Of a stretch of DNA of 64,000 bases, positions 1 to 15,000 are shown piece after piece. The DNA is from Thermoplasmatota archaeon (GTDB lineage: Archaea > Thermoplasmatota > Penumbrarchaeia > Penumbrarchaeales > Penumbrarchaeaceae): contig JAFGLL010000061.1 of the NCBI GenBank assembly GCA_016928095.1, positions 1,181-65,180 of the forward strand, given 5' to 3'. The notes under the pieces were generated by a model. That model did not search any database. It was given only the letters and a program-made list of their open reading frames with translations, and was not told the DNA's origin. Every line of letters begins with the position of its first letter. The first letter of the stretch is position 1. The position numbers and the translations under genes are program-made.

Positions 1-3000
1 ACTCACCCATCTACCGCTGTTATTTCCAATATCATTATAATCGATCCTCAGGTCTTCATCCGTATCATTCGCATTGGTCCTGAAAACGATGTAGGTCTGA
101 TTGAAATCCTTATGGTCCCATTCTGAAGGATCGACAAGGTCATAGAACATTGCATTATGACTAAAACTGTCATCTTTATTATCATCCGGGGTATATATCG
201 TTAAATTTCCATATGTCCAAGCCTTCGGACCATGACCAGGACCATTTCCTTCACCATCATTGGAATCCTGGTCCCAGACATTGATGTAGCCATCACCGTC
301 AGTGTCAGTAAACGGATCGGGTTCAACTGAATCCAACAATCCATCATTATCACAATCAGCAATTGTCGGATCTGATTCGAGATAATGTTTAACTTTGTAT
401 CCTTCCGTGAAATATGGATAATTTACCCATTCTGAACCGGTGGGTTTGGAATTGTCATTCCAGTTATCACCAGGTCCTGGAACATAGATCGCCCACGCAT
501 AATCCAATTCAAAGTTCTGATTTCTGTTTTCCTCACCGTCTGTGAATCCATCATTATCCGAATCTATTTCCCTTAGGTCGAATTTGTTATCACCGTCAGA
601 GTCGTAGAACGGATCTCCTTTGACATTCCAATAATAACAGTATTCGATACCGTCAATTATACCATCCTCATCCGTGTCTGCTCTCAGAGGATCGGAGAGT
701 TGGGTGTAATCAACACCAACTTTCTTGTATTCACCAAATTCAATCTGATTGGTATATTGTGGGTAGCTATTCCAACCATCTTCTGAATCGGCGATGTTGA
801 ACTCGCATTCTCCTGTTTCGATTATATCCACTGCGGAGGTATGTTCGGTATCCCACCCATCACACCACCCATCTGGTAGGCCGTCATTGTCGGTGTCCCG
901 GTCACAGGGATTCGTTTCGTCGTAGTCTCTCATCCCATAATTATGCCAGTTCTCCATTTTGTCAGGAAGACCGTCGTTATCGGTATCCACATCCAAGGGA
1001 TTTGTGAACTTGTACTCGTCTTTGTCAGAGAGACCATCGTCGTCAGAATCTGGATCGTTCGGATCGGATGAAAGATATTTACTCCCGATTAGATTCTGAG
1101 CAAAAAAAGTCTTGATCTTTCTGTTATTGTAATCATTTGATGTCAGATTGTATGCAGGAACAAAGTCCTCGACCTTCAAGGTCCAAATGAGTATTTCCTC
1201 GTAGTCAGTAAGTCCATCTCCATCCGAATCAGCACCCATCTGATTGGTCATCTGGAGCAGTATCCCGGTCTTGAACGCCTTGCTCTGGGCAATTCTCCGT
1301 TGATCCCCGGCTGAAAACGGCATTCCATCATCGTACTCATCATCCAGCCAGGAATCACTGCAATAATACAGTTCACCATAATGAGCTGGTAATCCGGTTC
1401 TGACCGAGGCATTGCTGTAAACATCGAACCCATCCCATAATGAGTCTCCATCGGTATCGGCCTTTGTTGGATCAGGTTCGTCTCGATCGTGTTTCCCGTT
1501 CATATTGGAATCCTCACCTTCCCATGGATCGAAATAACCATTTACCTCGTCAACAAAGGAGTATCCATTGTAATCTCCATCATTAACGAAAGTATTAGAA
1601 TAATCGACGAATTCTTTATCGATCGGGTCCCAGATCATACCGTCCATCCAACCATCCGGAAGACCGTCACCATCACTGTCGGGATCGATCATGTTCTCAT
1701 AACCGTCATCATCAGTATCGAAGTTCCAGCTGACCTCGTCACCGTCTAGCAAACCGTCGTTATCGGAATCGGGATCGATCATATTCTCTATACCATCATC
1801 GTCACCAGAGTTAAGGCTCCAGTTAATCTCCTGTCTATCGAGAACCTTATCGTTATCTGAATCCGTGTCTCTCAGATTAGCAACATAGTCAGAATCGCTG
1901 TCGCTGAACATCTGGACCTCTTGACCGTCAACTATGCCGTCGATATCGGAATCTATTTCGAACGGATTGCAGAAATATACCTCGCGGTTCCTGTCAATCG
2001 GTAAATGATTCATGTTCTGTTCGGTTCCAGATCGATTGTAGATCGCGACCTTTCCAGGTAGAATTTTGTATCCCGATTCAGAGTCTTGTGAATCAGGAAT
2101 GACATTCTTTTTGTCCCAAATATACAACTGCGAACTTGACTCGTCCATGAATACGCCGCTCTCGTCCTTCAATCGGAAAAGTAATGTTATATTATCCCAA
2201 CCACAGGGACTGTCGGCAGGTGGATTTGTAACCATCCTGGAGTATGTGAAGTTCATGGTGATAGCCGCTCCAAATCCGTCCCAGTCGTAGTTCAGCCATG
2301 CTGACGAATTATCATATCCTTCGAACCTGAGCGAACCTCCGTCAAAGCTGCTACGGTAAATGACTCCACCTTTGGTATGATATGCACTGGAACCACCCGC
2401 ATATATCTCTTCACCGTCATCTAGGTAGTCGTTGTAAACATCATCCTCAATTATCATCCGGTCAGTGTTATTCTTTTTAGGATGGGTCCCGATAATATAT
2501 TCGTCTCTGTTGCTCAGATCGTCTCCATATTGGTATGAATCAAATTTGTTGCTTAGTAAGATGAACGCGGGTTGAGTGCCAGCGGGAACGCTTTCCCAGG
2601 GGGCATATTCTCCGTTTTTCATCATGTAATCAAGTGGCGAGTTGTCATCATCATTGTTGATCAGGTTCAACATTTGCATCGACTCGTCTCCGCTTATCAC
2701 AATGAAATACTGCATCCCGGATTCCGGCATCACAAGCCCGTTGATATCAAAAATGAACCATCCTTCAAAATCTGCTGGCAGGTCGATATCCATAGATTGA
2801 AGGGAATTATGTGGTTGATCCTTACCCTCCATCAGATAGATATCTCCTGACCAAGAGTCATCTGTTTGCACGTAGAACCTGCCCTCGAAGAAATCAAAGC
2901 GCTCGTCCTCTGTGAAGTTCATCAGTCTGATCGCAAGCTCGTTCTGGTCGATCAACGGGAACTTATCATCTTCCCAGTTCTCTTTGTAATACGGCACATT

Positions 3001-6000
3001 CATCTTTATCGATTCCTTGTCAAGGTCCACGATACGATACCCGAACTTGGCACAGAATTTATTACTGGACGTGTTTTTTATCTGCCAGGCATCGAAAAAT
3101 TGAAAATTCGGATAGAAAGCCCAGAAATTATGGAACATCTCCCTTACCATTTCATCGGGTGCGGTTCCCAATTTGACACTTTCCCAGAGAGCGTCATAAC
3201 TTTCTTCGGGTATATTCTCGTCCTGGAACACCAGGTCAGTGAAAATAAGGACCTGGCCCGGGTCTTCCATTGTGTGTTTGGTATGCCATACCAGACCAGG
3301 ACCTTCATTCGGATGCATGAACTCGTTACGTAACACGATGAAATAAACGGGGTATACATCCGTGGTCATGCTAATACTTGGTAGGTAATCGAAATTACCA
3401 GCCAGAGGTATCTTGATCCACCCGTCATCCGAAACGGTCGGAGGCATCTTGAGCTGGAACACCGGTCGCTCAGGATAAACCGTTTTCGGATTGGTATTGA
3501 GCCAGTCCGGGTCGGTTCCTTCCCAGATCTCTACAATGGTCTCGCTGTAGAAATCGGCTTTGACCTCGATATAGTCCGCATCGAACAGGTCTCCTGCCTT
3601 AACATCAAGTCGTTGTGCGAAACCGTGAATACGGTTTAAAGAGGATCCTTCACACATACTTGACCAGAATTGCCAGTCATAGGTTCCCCGATCGTCGTAT
3701 TCGTTATCGTAATCGATTGTCTCCGGGTTTGTCTCACCTTCCATCAACCCGGCTTCCCATAACACATCCACACCGTCGATGTCCTTGTCATCATCGTCAA
3801 CTGTCGGGTCCAAACCTTCGACCGTTCCATCCCGATAAATAAAATACGGCCAGATATGCGAATACCAGACCTCATACCCGTCGTCAATGGAATCTCCGTC
3901 GGTGTCCAGGGAGGACGCATTGGTCTCGCCTACGCCAGCAACCTCGAAGGTGTACGGATCGAACGACCATACAGCATCAAATGGTTCGGTTTTACCGTCA
4001 AGGTTAAGGTCCTCGCCTTCATAGATCTGTTTCACGTTATCAGGGTCCATCTTCCGGTCCCATTTCCAGGGCTGGTATTCCCAGTAGTCAAGGTTAGCAT
4101 ACCTGTCCCAGAAAGAATCGTAAGATTTTCTATACAACCGTGGGAAAACCTCATCACCGTAATACCAGCCATCGATCCACCCATCAGGTAACCCATCATT
4201 ATCGGTGTCGGGGTCCATAGGATCGGTAAGGGTTGCGCCGTTGTCAGCGTCAAAGTTGTTGATCAGCGAGAAATTGAACGGTGACCGGTCGGACGAATGC
4301 GCGATACGTTCGAAAAAAGAACCGGTGCTGTTCACGTCTCCGTTGATGTATTCGATGAACTGCCCGGATAATCCGAGCTCGACACCGTCTCGAATACCGT
4401 CACCGTCGGAGTCGCGGTCGCCGAAGTCCGTCCCGAAATAGTCCTCCCATTTATCAGATATCCCGTCATGATCAGGGTCGGATGATAGTGCATACCTGGT
4501 CTCGTTGAACGCTTCGTCACCATCATCGATATCGTCCATGTCGGAATCCCTGTTCATCGGGTCAAGGCCCTGGTAATCAACCCGGATATAATCAAGGTAC
4601 TGCAAGGTTATCCTGTCCGGGTCGATGACACCTTCGGGAGTTTCACTGGTCTGGTCAGCAAGGTCAAGAGATAATTCCAGGTAATACATCATACCTCCCT
4701 GTAGCAAATACTCGCCCTGGGAAGTTATCTCGCCGATCACCGCCTTGATCGGTTCCTCATTCGGATCGTTTGATGTGTTGACCACCTTGATGATATTCAC
4801 GTTTTCGGTATAGGTGGACTCGGACGAATATTCGATGGGTGAGACCTCGTTATACGAGTAATAAACCCTCATCTGGAACGATTCCGATAAAATGTCCTGG
4901 AGATACTCGGCCTCTGAACTGTTGAGGTCGAGGTCGGTGACGTTAAGCGACCCCTGCGGAAGTAATTCCGTACGGGGTAGGTTCCCCGGGATCATGGTTC
5001 CCACAAGTTTATCCTGTCGGGATTCAGCCGGGTAGTTCAGGCTGAACCTGTATGTACCGGTTTTATCCGGGACGAACTGGAGTTTGATACTGGAATCTAA
5101 AATTGTGTCGTTGTAATTGGAACTTATCAGAGACACCGACCGCTGCTGGAAGAAACCGTAACCCGCAGTGGTCTTCAGAAGCTCGTTATCCTCGGACAGG
5201 AACTCGGTCATGTAGGTCGGGTTCCAGGGTTTGTATAGCTGAGCATCCTCGCATTCCAGGATGGACACGCCTCCGAACGTGACGATTTCTTCCCCATCGT
5301 TTACATTGTCATAGTCCGTGTCGGGGTCCAGCGGGTCCATGATGAACTCAAGGTTGATCTCGAGATGGTCAAGCGTGACATTGAGCGGGTTCTTGGTATG
5401 GATCTCCATCTCGTAGGTCTGGTCTGTCGTTTTCCCGTACAGGTATTCCAGAATGTCCGGTCCGAAATCGGATGATAGCTCGTCCAACGGGATTACTTTA
5501 CTGGATTCCAGTATCCCCGACCCGGAAGAAGATGCTTCGATCTCAATATACTGCGAGTATACTGATACAATATTTTGGTTGGATGTCGTATCGTTCAGCC
5601 AGCAGAAAGTGTTCTTATGTATCGCAGGAACACTTGGTGAACAGCTTTCCATCAGGATCTTGTTGAAGTTTACATTGATATCATATACACCAAGTGAACC
5701 CTCGGAGGTTGAGTAAACTATGTTCTCGTTGTAAACATCGAACCCGGCTACTGAGATGGGTACGAATTTTAGCTGGTTGTGTGAAAGATCGTAAATACCG
5801 ATCGCCGGTCTTGATTCGGTTCCTGAGCTTACCTGGAACCCGGCATATGCAGCAAACAGCAGGTTCGACCCGGAAATGCGCGGGTTCCAGCATTCCGTGT
5901 AGTCACCGGAGATCAGCGAGGTGGAGTTGACCTTTAGACATGCTTCGGTTGGCATTCCAGCATAAGGCTTGACCGAAGTGACACCTGCTATCCAGACCGA

Positions 6001-9000
6001 GGTTGCACCGGCATGGGTGTCGAGGAACACTATCCTATCATCTTCGATCCTCGGGTAGGTCTGGTCCCAGTCCTCGTCAATGAAGTTCGAACTGGTATTC
6101 AATTCTACATGGAAAATTCCGTTATAAGATATATCCTCGTCAATGTCACCATCGTCGTCATCGTCCAGATAATTGAATGGATCTTCATTGGTATAGCTAT
6201 CATCGTCATCGTCTGTCAGGTAACCGGGTTCGTAGAAATTAGGTATGCCATCATTGTCCAGGTCAATATCAAAAAGGTAAATATCGAAATCCGATCCGTT
6301 CCTGGCCTGGAACACGATCCTGTCTTCGTATATGTAAGGGTTCAGCTGTTCCTCAAGGGTAGAGTTCAGCTGCCTGAACTGCTGTCCGGTCAGGTTCAGT
6401 TCCACCAGATAGATGACCGATTCTGCTCCGTCCCAGCATTCAAACACTACATGGTTGCCGCAAATACTGGGATGGCGGAAATCCTTACCCTCGGAATTGT
6501 ATGTGTCGGTGGTATCCAATACCATGTCATAGACCTTGAGAACGTAATTCGAGCCGACAAGTTCGGTCCAGGCTATCTTATTCCCGTAAACGACCGACGG
6601 ATCACGATACTGATTATTGCTGGTGAACTCGTCAACCGGATCGATGTTCTCAAGGTCGGTCCGGAGCCGGAAGAATGCAGATGTGGCAAAAGATGTGCCT
6701 GGTAGGTATGATGTATGGATCGGGAATGTGTACCCGTATTCTTCGTCCTGCGAGAAATCCGTCTCCGTGATCTCCAGTATCGACGTATCCCCGGTATCAT
6801 CCCCGAACAAGGTCTGTTTTACCTGGGACATGTTGCAGACCATCGCCTTGTCCGCAAACAACCCGACACCCGCCTTCCTTGATGAGACAAGGTAATGAGT
6901 ACCTGATTCTTCGGGTTCGAAAGTGATGTAGTTCCACCTGAACTTATTATCCAGTGAGAAATTCTTCACTGCGATTGAACTCTGGCTACTGTCGAGAACC
7001 TCAAGCTTGAGGTTCTCTTCCTTGATCATCACATCATTCATCCAGACATGGGTCACCCCTTCACCCGGCGAGGTAAGGTTCTTGTTCCCGGCAGAGATAC
7101 CGAAAAAAATCCTGAAAGATGAATAGCTGCGAATATCAGCGGAACCGAGCTGAGAGTATGACCCGAGATAGTTCTTGCGATAGAACCCGATCTCTTTCCC
7201 GTCGGAGATCAGCATGATCTGGTTGCCGGCAAAGTCAAGATCATTATACTGAGCATTTGACCGGTTGGTCTCGGTGAATCCGATGGAGAAGGTCGCTCGC
7301 AACGAATCGTCATCACCGTCCACTACCCCAAATATCATCCTGCTTTCCCTGCCCAGTTTCGTCTCGGACCTCACGGTGTAGTTGAACAAACAGGTGAAAT
7401 TTGTCTGGAACTCACGAAGTGAGTAGTACACATCGTTGCTGATGTCCGTATCCATGCAGGCGACATTTACGCTGTAGTGTGCGTTCCCGGACCCGGAATC
7501 GTCGATAGTGATCGCGCCATCGGATTCACCAGACCCGACATGCTCCCAATTATCCATAAAATCATAGACATCATCGAATGTATCATAGACCTCCCACTCG
7601 GAGTCCTGATCTGCCCTACTACGGAAATAATACCGGTATTCGGTCCCATTGTCAAGCTGGACAGGGATGCTGATCAAGTTAGTTGATAAAGATTCGTTGT
7701 AGATCACATGACCACTGGACGCGTTGATGAACGGACTGATATCTCCGTCACCATAGTATTCGGCTTCGAACCATAATGTTCCCGACCGCTGCTCAACACC
7801 ATCGATGATGAGGTCCTTATCGGAATCCATCATAACGGGGTTGGTGATCAACCCGTCAAGCTCGTCATCGCTCCTGATTATTACGAACGAGTCCAGTAAC
7901 ACCGCATCGGTGGAATCTATCGAGATCTTCAGCATATCAGTGTCCGGGTCGATGGAGAATATCTCGGTTGTGTAATACCTGAATCTACTTGATAAAATAA
8001 ATGACTGGTTGATCGTCAGCGGGTCTGCGGTGTACCCGTCAACTTCCCACACAGATATTTTCACGGTCTGGTTGAACACCTGGTTCTGTGGACCCAGTCT
8101 GAACATGAATCTTATACTGTCATCCGATCCGGGCGGAACCGGTAAGTATTTATTGATGAGCGATCCGCTGGAAGTAGGTTTAAGAGCCTTCTCACCGCAG
8201 GCGTCCCAGGACGGTTCGATCTGGTCTGTTGTCAGGCCAAAGTCCTCGCCCTCATACCAGCAAACATTTTCGTTATTCTCCTGCGAGTCCAGGATATAAT
8301 CGTCATCGGAATCCAACGAATAGGAATTGATCCAGAGCGTCCGGCTCAGGCCGGGGGTGAACGATGCGTTGTTCAGTATACCGTGGTTGCACTGGTCGTC
8401 AAACTCGTTGGTCAACCTGAACTCCGGGTTGCCATAAGATGTTCCGTGGTATGAGTTCCCGCTAAGGTCGCGGATGGTATAGGTTCCTGAGGTCCAGTTG
8501 CTGTCCTCAAACGAGATGAATAAGTCAGGATCAGATGGTGGCTCGCCGATCATGAATAAATTGATCTCGTCAAATGTCAAAGCCCTTCCAAAGTATCCTA
8601 CGTCGTCGATCTTGCCCTTGAAATAATATTCGTTCCTGTTCCCATCGAACGTTGTGGCTTCCGACCCGTCGCCTATGAAACCGAATCTTGTAGCTGTGGT
8701 GCCAAGGCCCAGCCCATTATGTGGATTCTCGGCAATGGCTTCAAGGTCGCCGTCCAGGTATAGGTATTTGTCGGTGCCGTCGTAGACCGCGCACATGAAA
8801 TGCCAGTCCCCATCATTCACTGCGGTAGTCCCGATCAAGTCGTCAATTCCATTATCAGATTTCGTGGAAAAACCCATGTTCCCATTATCGCCCCGAACGT
8901 AAATGTTGAAATACTCACTCCGGTCAAAGTCGAGAAACGCCCAGTTCAGGTTCTGGCCCATACCGGATTCCGTTGTCTTGAACCAACAGAAAGCCGACAT

Positions 9001-12000
9001 CTGGGTGATGCAGTTTTTCTCGCTGAACGACATGTTAAGAGCGATGTAATCGTCACCGTCAAAGTCCATGCATGTTTCATACGACCGGATATTGAACGGA
9101 CCATGGAATATTATCCCGTTTGAGGTCCAGGTGTTCTCCTTGATTAGTATATCCGAAAGTACACCGTCCGAACCGGTGAATCCGTTGAACACCCGGACAC
9201 CGGTCCTGTTCACGATGTCAAAGTCCATGAACGGTGTGACATCGTGCTGGAATCCGGGGTCCATGAACGGGTGTATCTCCGGGTAGGTCTCAATCTGGAC
9301 ACGGCCATACACGTCCAAAAATGACCCGGGATCGGATATCGTGACCTTGTTATCATCGGTCAGGGTATCTATCATCCGACCCTGGCACCCGCCATCAAGA
9401 TCGAGTTGATTGGACATGTCCTCATCGAACGAGCATCCGCTCATCGAAATTTGTCCGTTTGAAGACCGGACGGCTGTGTCGTTGATGTTACTGAATGATA
9501 TGCCCCACTTGGTCAGTCTGGATGTCGAGAACGAGTTACCCTGGAACGATGCCTTGAACTTCAGTTCCGAATAACCGTTGTAAGGTGTCAGGTCAAACGG
9601 TAATGTGTCCACCTTGGTGATTGTATCATTGGACCCGTCCAACAAGTATAGATTCAACCGGTAAAGGTCGTCAGGGTCTTGGTAGGTCACGAACAGCTCG
9701 TCCCATTGGTTATTTGTCGGTCTGGTTATCACATCCGAGACGAGGAACCCGTCGGTGTAGTAAACAGGTACATAATTGGAATTGGTCACGGTGATACCTT
9801 CGACATACACTTCCGGGTCGAACCCTAACCCGATGGATTCTTCGGTAGGGTCTTCAAGCACGGTGATTCTGATAGTGAGGTTATCAATCTCTGTCCAGCC
9901 GGTATTGTTCTCCCTGAACACCTGACCAAATAATTCCAGTAGAGGATCATCAAGGCTCTTGTCGACATATGACGTATTGGTGACATGATACCAGGTCCAA
10001 TGATACCCGGTTTTGATAGATTTCTCCCAGGATTCACCGGTGTAATTCCAGTCATTTTCTTCTGGATGATCGCCCAATAACGTATAGTCAAACGAGCTGA
10101 ACACCATTTTCCGTGACTTGAAGTTCTGGTCGTCACGGCTTATATTGAACGAAATGGACGCTATCGAACCTTCAGTGAAGTTCTCCGGGTTGGCCATCAG
10201 CAGGAACCTGGTCTGTAGAACGTAGTCCATGGCCTGGTCGGACTCATCGAAGTCTATCGTGTATTCAAGGGTTTCATACGAAGCCTCGGACTCGGTCCCT
10301 TCACACGTTACCTTGAGATCCGACCCGGATCCGGACCAGGTATTGTTGGATTTGCTGACCGTCCCGGTCCCCGTCGCGTTCCATTTTTCCTGGTCGATGA
10401 CCGACCAGTTCTCGGAAAAGATCGTGTCTGACCCGGATTCCTTTAACTTGATCGCACTACCGTCCAGAATTAGGTTCTCGTTCAACTCATCGATAGACGC
10501 GACCGAATAGTCGATAGTATATTCCGTCCTAGACTGAGAGAATGAGACGTTGTACAACGAAACATTCCCGTTAAAATTGTTTATCACAGTATTGTCCATT
10601 GAATATACCTGGGACGAATACATCAATAAATTCCCGCCATGGACCTCCATTCCGATATTACAATTTTCGGTAAGGTCCGAGGTCTCATTGTTTATCCTGA
10701 CCCCGATCAGGATCAGAGTGCTGCTAGACGAATAAATAATGTAATCATTCAAGTAGAATGAATCACCGCGCATGGATTGCTGGCTACCATCGGCGAACAA
10801 ACCGATATAGTTACCATAGAAAATATTATCGCTGACACGGGCAGTGGATGGTCCGGGTGACCGGACAACGCCGGATCCACCTGAACATATCGCTGTGGGT
10901 TCACCTAACAGGAACTCGGTGAACCCGTCACCGTTGATGTCGCCCGCGCTTACTGCCTCACCGAACCCGACACCGCTCCCGCTCCCTGTGAACGTGTACA
11001 ATGCTGAACTAACCGAGATAGGATCGGTGTTAACTGCCGAACCTAGCATGATATACGCCTCGATCGAATCCGGGTCAGTAATGATCAGATCCTGGACAAA
11101 GTCGCCATTGATATCGAACCCGCCAACGCATTGATAGCCAAGTGTTGTTGTGCTTTCCGAGGTAAACTGTGTAAAATATTCCGAATAGGTCAGATTATTG
11201 GATTCGAAAAGGGCCTGCCCCGAATATACAGATAAAGTGGAATTCCCAGCAAACACCGCGATATCGTCGAACCTATCACCGTTGATGTCACCCACATTGA
11301 ACACGTTTGTTCCGAAATCACCCGACCCGAATATGATATCCTCGTAACAGTCCGACGATTTTGAACCGGATAACCGGGAACCCGAATACAGGTAAACGGA
11401 TGACGAATAATCGCACCCCACCGCGAGCTCGGTCATGCCGTCGCCAGTGTAATCACCCACCTGAGTCAAATTGGCTCCAAACCCGGTCTCGGCAGACGTT
11501 AAAACACAGTCGGCGGTCTCGTCCATGGACCCGCCTCCAAAATAGATGTAGACCTTGTTCTCGCCCGGAGACCCGACCGCAACATCCGAATACCCGTCGC
11601 CGTTAAAGTCGCCCCCGCTCGTGAAACTTGATCCGAATGTGGAATCGGCCTCGGATATCTGGATGGACCCCAGGGTGGCCTTGAACTGGTACCATAACCG
11701 GATACTGTCAAACGATGGGGTGAACGCGCCGTTGTAATAATCAGCCTCTGAGATATTTATCCGGATCCGGAAGAACTTGGTGTAATACGAATTGAACTGG
11801 ATAGGTGTGCCACTTGACATGGGTTCGTAATACCAGGTGTCACCGTCAACCGACCAGCCAAGGTCGAACGAGACAGATCTGCCGTTCTGCGAATATATGA
11901 TCTGCGGGACCACCTGATCTGCCCAGTCAGGGAGCTCTGCCACAGAGCTCAGGTATGACCCCTCATCGTGGTACCCGGACCCCGTGACGTTCACCGAGTA

Positions 12001-15000
12001 GATTGTCGGCGTGACATCGAACAGGTCGCTCTCCAGGAAGATCTTCACCTGGATATATTTCGTCACAATGTTGGTTGGGGTGAAATCAACCAGATCAACA
12101 AAATAAAACGACCCGGGACCGGTAGGACCGGTCCAGGACCCGTTCTCTATCTGGGAGGTTGTGTTACCGGTTCTTATCTGGTATTTCACATTGGTTTTTT
12201 CCGGGATGGTTACCGGGATATCGACCGATATCAGCCGGACCGGTGATTCGAACGATAATATCGACGAAGTCACATCTGATCGGTACCGGACCATGCTGAA
12301 CAAATTGATCCGGCTCATTATAAACTCGTCAACCGCACCTGCGAAGTAGTTACCGTCGTCGTTTCTACCGATATATAACTTGCCGGTGTTGTCAAAAGAT
12401 AGATAAGGTACTTCAACGAAACCGTAGACACGGCCGTTGACAAACGACCGAAGTACACCGTCTCCGAACGTGAACCCGACCTGGGTCCACCGACCCACAC
12501 AATCGTTCATATCAACGTCCTCGATAGGGGTGGATGTGGAATACCAGATGGACCCGGCACGGGCATACACGATCAAGCAATAATCGTTGTAATTTTTCTC
12601 TATACTGAGATTGAACGAGTTGTCCTTTTCAAGTATCACGTACCGGTCGTCTGTTAGCTCCTGAGGCATCTTCACGAACAGACTTAGGGTCATACCATAC
12701 TCATCGTAATCGAAATTGGTGTCATTGACAAAGAGATAATCGTCAACACCGTCAAGGGAAACAGCCGACCCGATATGACCGGTGACCCAATCGGATCCGT
12801 AGCCGGACCCGTCAAATAGGACGGCTTTCTGAGAACTGTCGTGATGGTTCTTGGAGTTGAGCCCAGTTCCCTCATCAAACCTGATCGATGTGATCTGATC
12901 TGTATCAAATGACCAGGTCGAATTGAAATGATCACGTTTGACGTAGCTTATCCGGGCGTCATCAATCTTCCCGAGGAAATATTCGCCTACCTTGATCACG
13001 GCCCCGTCTTCCAGGATCGGACCGGTACTGGACACGGATTTCTGGGCGTCCAACCTGCCATTGATGAACGTTTTGATTATTCCGTTGGTATTGTCATAGG
13101 TCAACCCCACATGGTACCATGTATTGAACTGGTCATCGAAATTTAAACAACTGTATGATGTATCTGTCCATTGCTCGGACCCGTCCTGTTTGACCATGCC
13201 ACGGAGATAAATGTCGCCATAACCGTCCTCAAACAGAGATAACCCGTATGACCCTGGACGGGTGATGATGTAGTTATGACCTGCATGGCCGGTTCCTGTC
13301 GGGTAGATCCATGCATCAAGGCTGATATCAGTATCGATGGTGTAATCGAACCCGGCAGTGGTAAATGACACATACGACGAATCCGAACCGTTGAATGACA
13401 GGCATCTACCGAACCTGCCATCTGACCAGGCTGCGTCGTAGATGTCACCGTTATTGGACAGGATATTGTCAACGGTCATCGTACCAGATCCTTCGTTCAT
13501 ATTACATAGAAAAATTGTATCTTCGTCTGACAATGATTCGGATTCGGATCGGAAATATATCAATGTCGGGAAATCCGACCGGGGGATGTTGGACAATCTG
13601 ACCTCATCGAATCGACCTTTAAATTTGTTCATGTAATCATACGACTCATATTCGGCGCCAATGATCAGTCTGCTTTCATAATCACCGGACCAGTCATCAG
13701 AGTCATCAGTATCGAACTGGAGCACCCCGTCAATATACATCTTAATACCGTCGCCCCAGGTAACTGCAACATGATACCACTTGTTCGAGTCCCAGGAAGT
13801 CCGATCGGACCAGACAGTATGAGGGCTGTCATGGTCTATGATGAATGTCAAATGACCATTATCCTCATCAAAAAATAATGACATGTAATCGTTTGAAGGT
13901 CCCTTAATATCCATCAGATAAACTGGATCCTCTGACAATGCAGAGAATGGTTCTTGAAGATTGAAATACATCTCGAAGGTTCCAGTGGTCAGATTGAACC
14001 TATTACCACAATCAATATAACTACCCATACCACACGACTCAAGGCATCCATCGAAGTACCCTTTTGTATCCCATTCAAATGAATCAGGAGTGAGTGTGAA
14101 ATCGTAGCAGTCGTAATAGAATTCATTATAGACATCCATGCCTGAGGTCTCATCCAGATGAAGAAGTAATTCAGTATATATATCAGCAGAATAGGAATGC
14201 AATCCTCCTTCCCTGGGATCTAAAGGGGTTGTTTCAATGGCCTCTGTGTAAAAATACAGTTCATCGATCCAACCATGAAAGTTCGAAAAGGTGGTATATG
14301 GTAGTGCATCATTATAAGAATCTTCGGGAGGATTGCATCCCTCAGGATCGGTCAACGGTCGCTGCCCAAGAACATAAAACTCAGAATCGGTATCAAGCTC
14401 AAATTTATTCTCGACGGTTTCGTTCATCTTCTCGATATCTCGGACCTCTCCATCAAGTTCAAGGAATGCATAATGGTCCTTAAAATATACTCGGACATGA
14501 TGTGTCTCATCCTTATCTATTATATCACCTGCAGATAGTAACCGCGAGGTTGTTAAGGAACCGTTGAACATGCATGTATAACCCTGGGGAAGGTCCTCAT
14601 AATGATAAACATCAGTGAACCGGATATCGTCGACATAGAACAATCCATCATAAGGCGGTAGGTCCTTGTCAGCGATCAGGATGATCCTATCGAAACCGAA
14701 ATCTGTAGTGCTAACGATAGAAGCCCAATCCGAATAGATGTTTTCCATGAACATATCGAATTGCATATTTTGCGTCATTGTCCCATCATCTACCCAGTTA
14801 CCTACAGCCATCTCTTCTTGTGCGAAAGGTGTGGTGCCTCCAAGATAATAAATCAGCTCATTCCGTGAAGGACCAGTCCCGTTTGCAATACCAATTGCGG
14901 CTATTTCACCGATATTATCGCATCTGATGAAAAAATTGAATTGGGCAGTAGTATCCAGGTAATATTGTCCGATCTCCCATTCCATCCATGAATCACCATC

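Noticed and set aside
6013-6705. 230-aa plus-strand ORF and about 40 other 60-230-aa ORFs listed between 1 and 16839
   Set aside because: All lie antisense to, or out of frame with, the continuous giant minus-strand ORF. They have low-complexity I/V/R-rich translations and no homology-like features.
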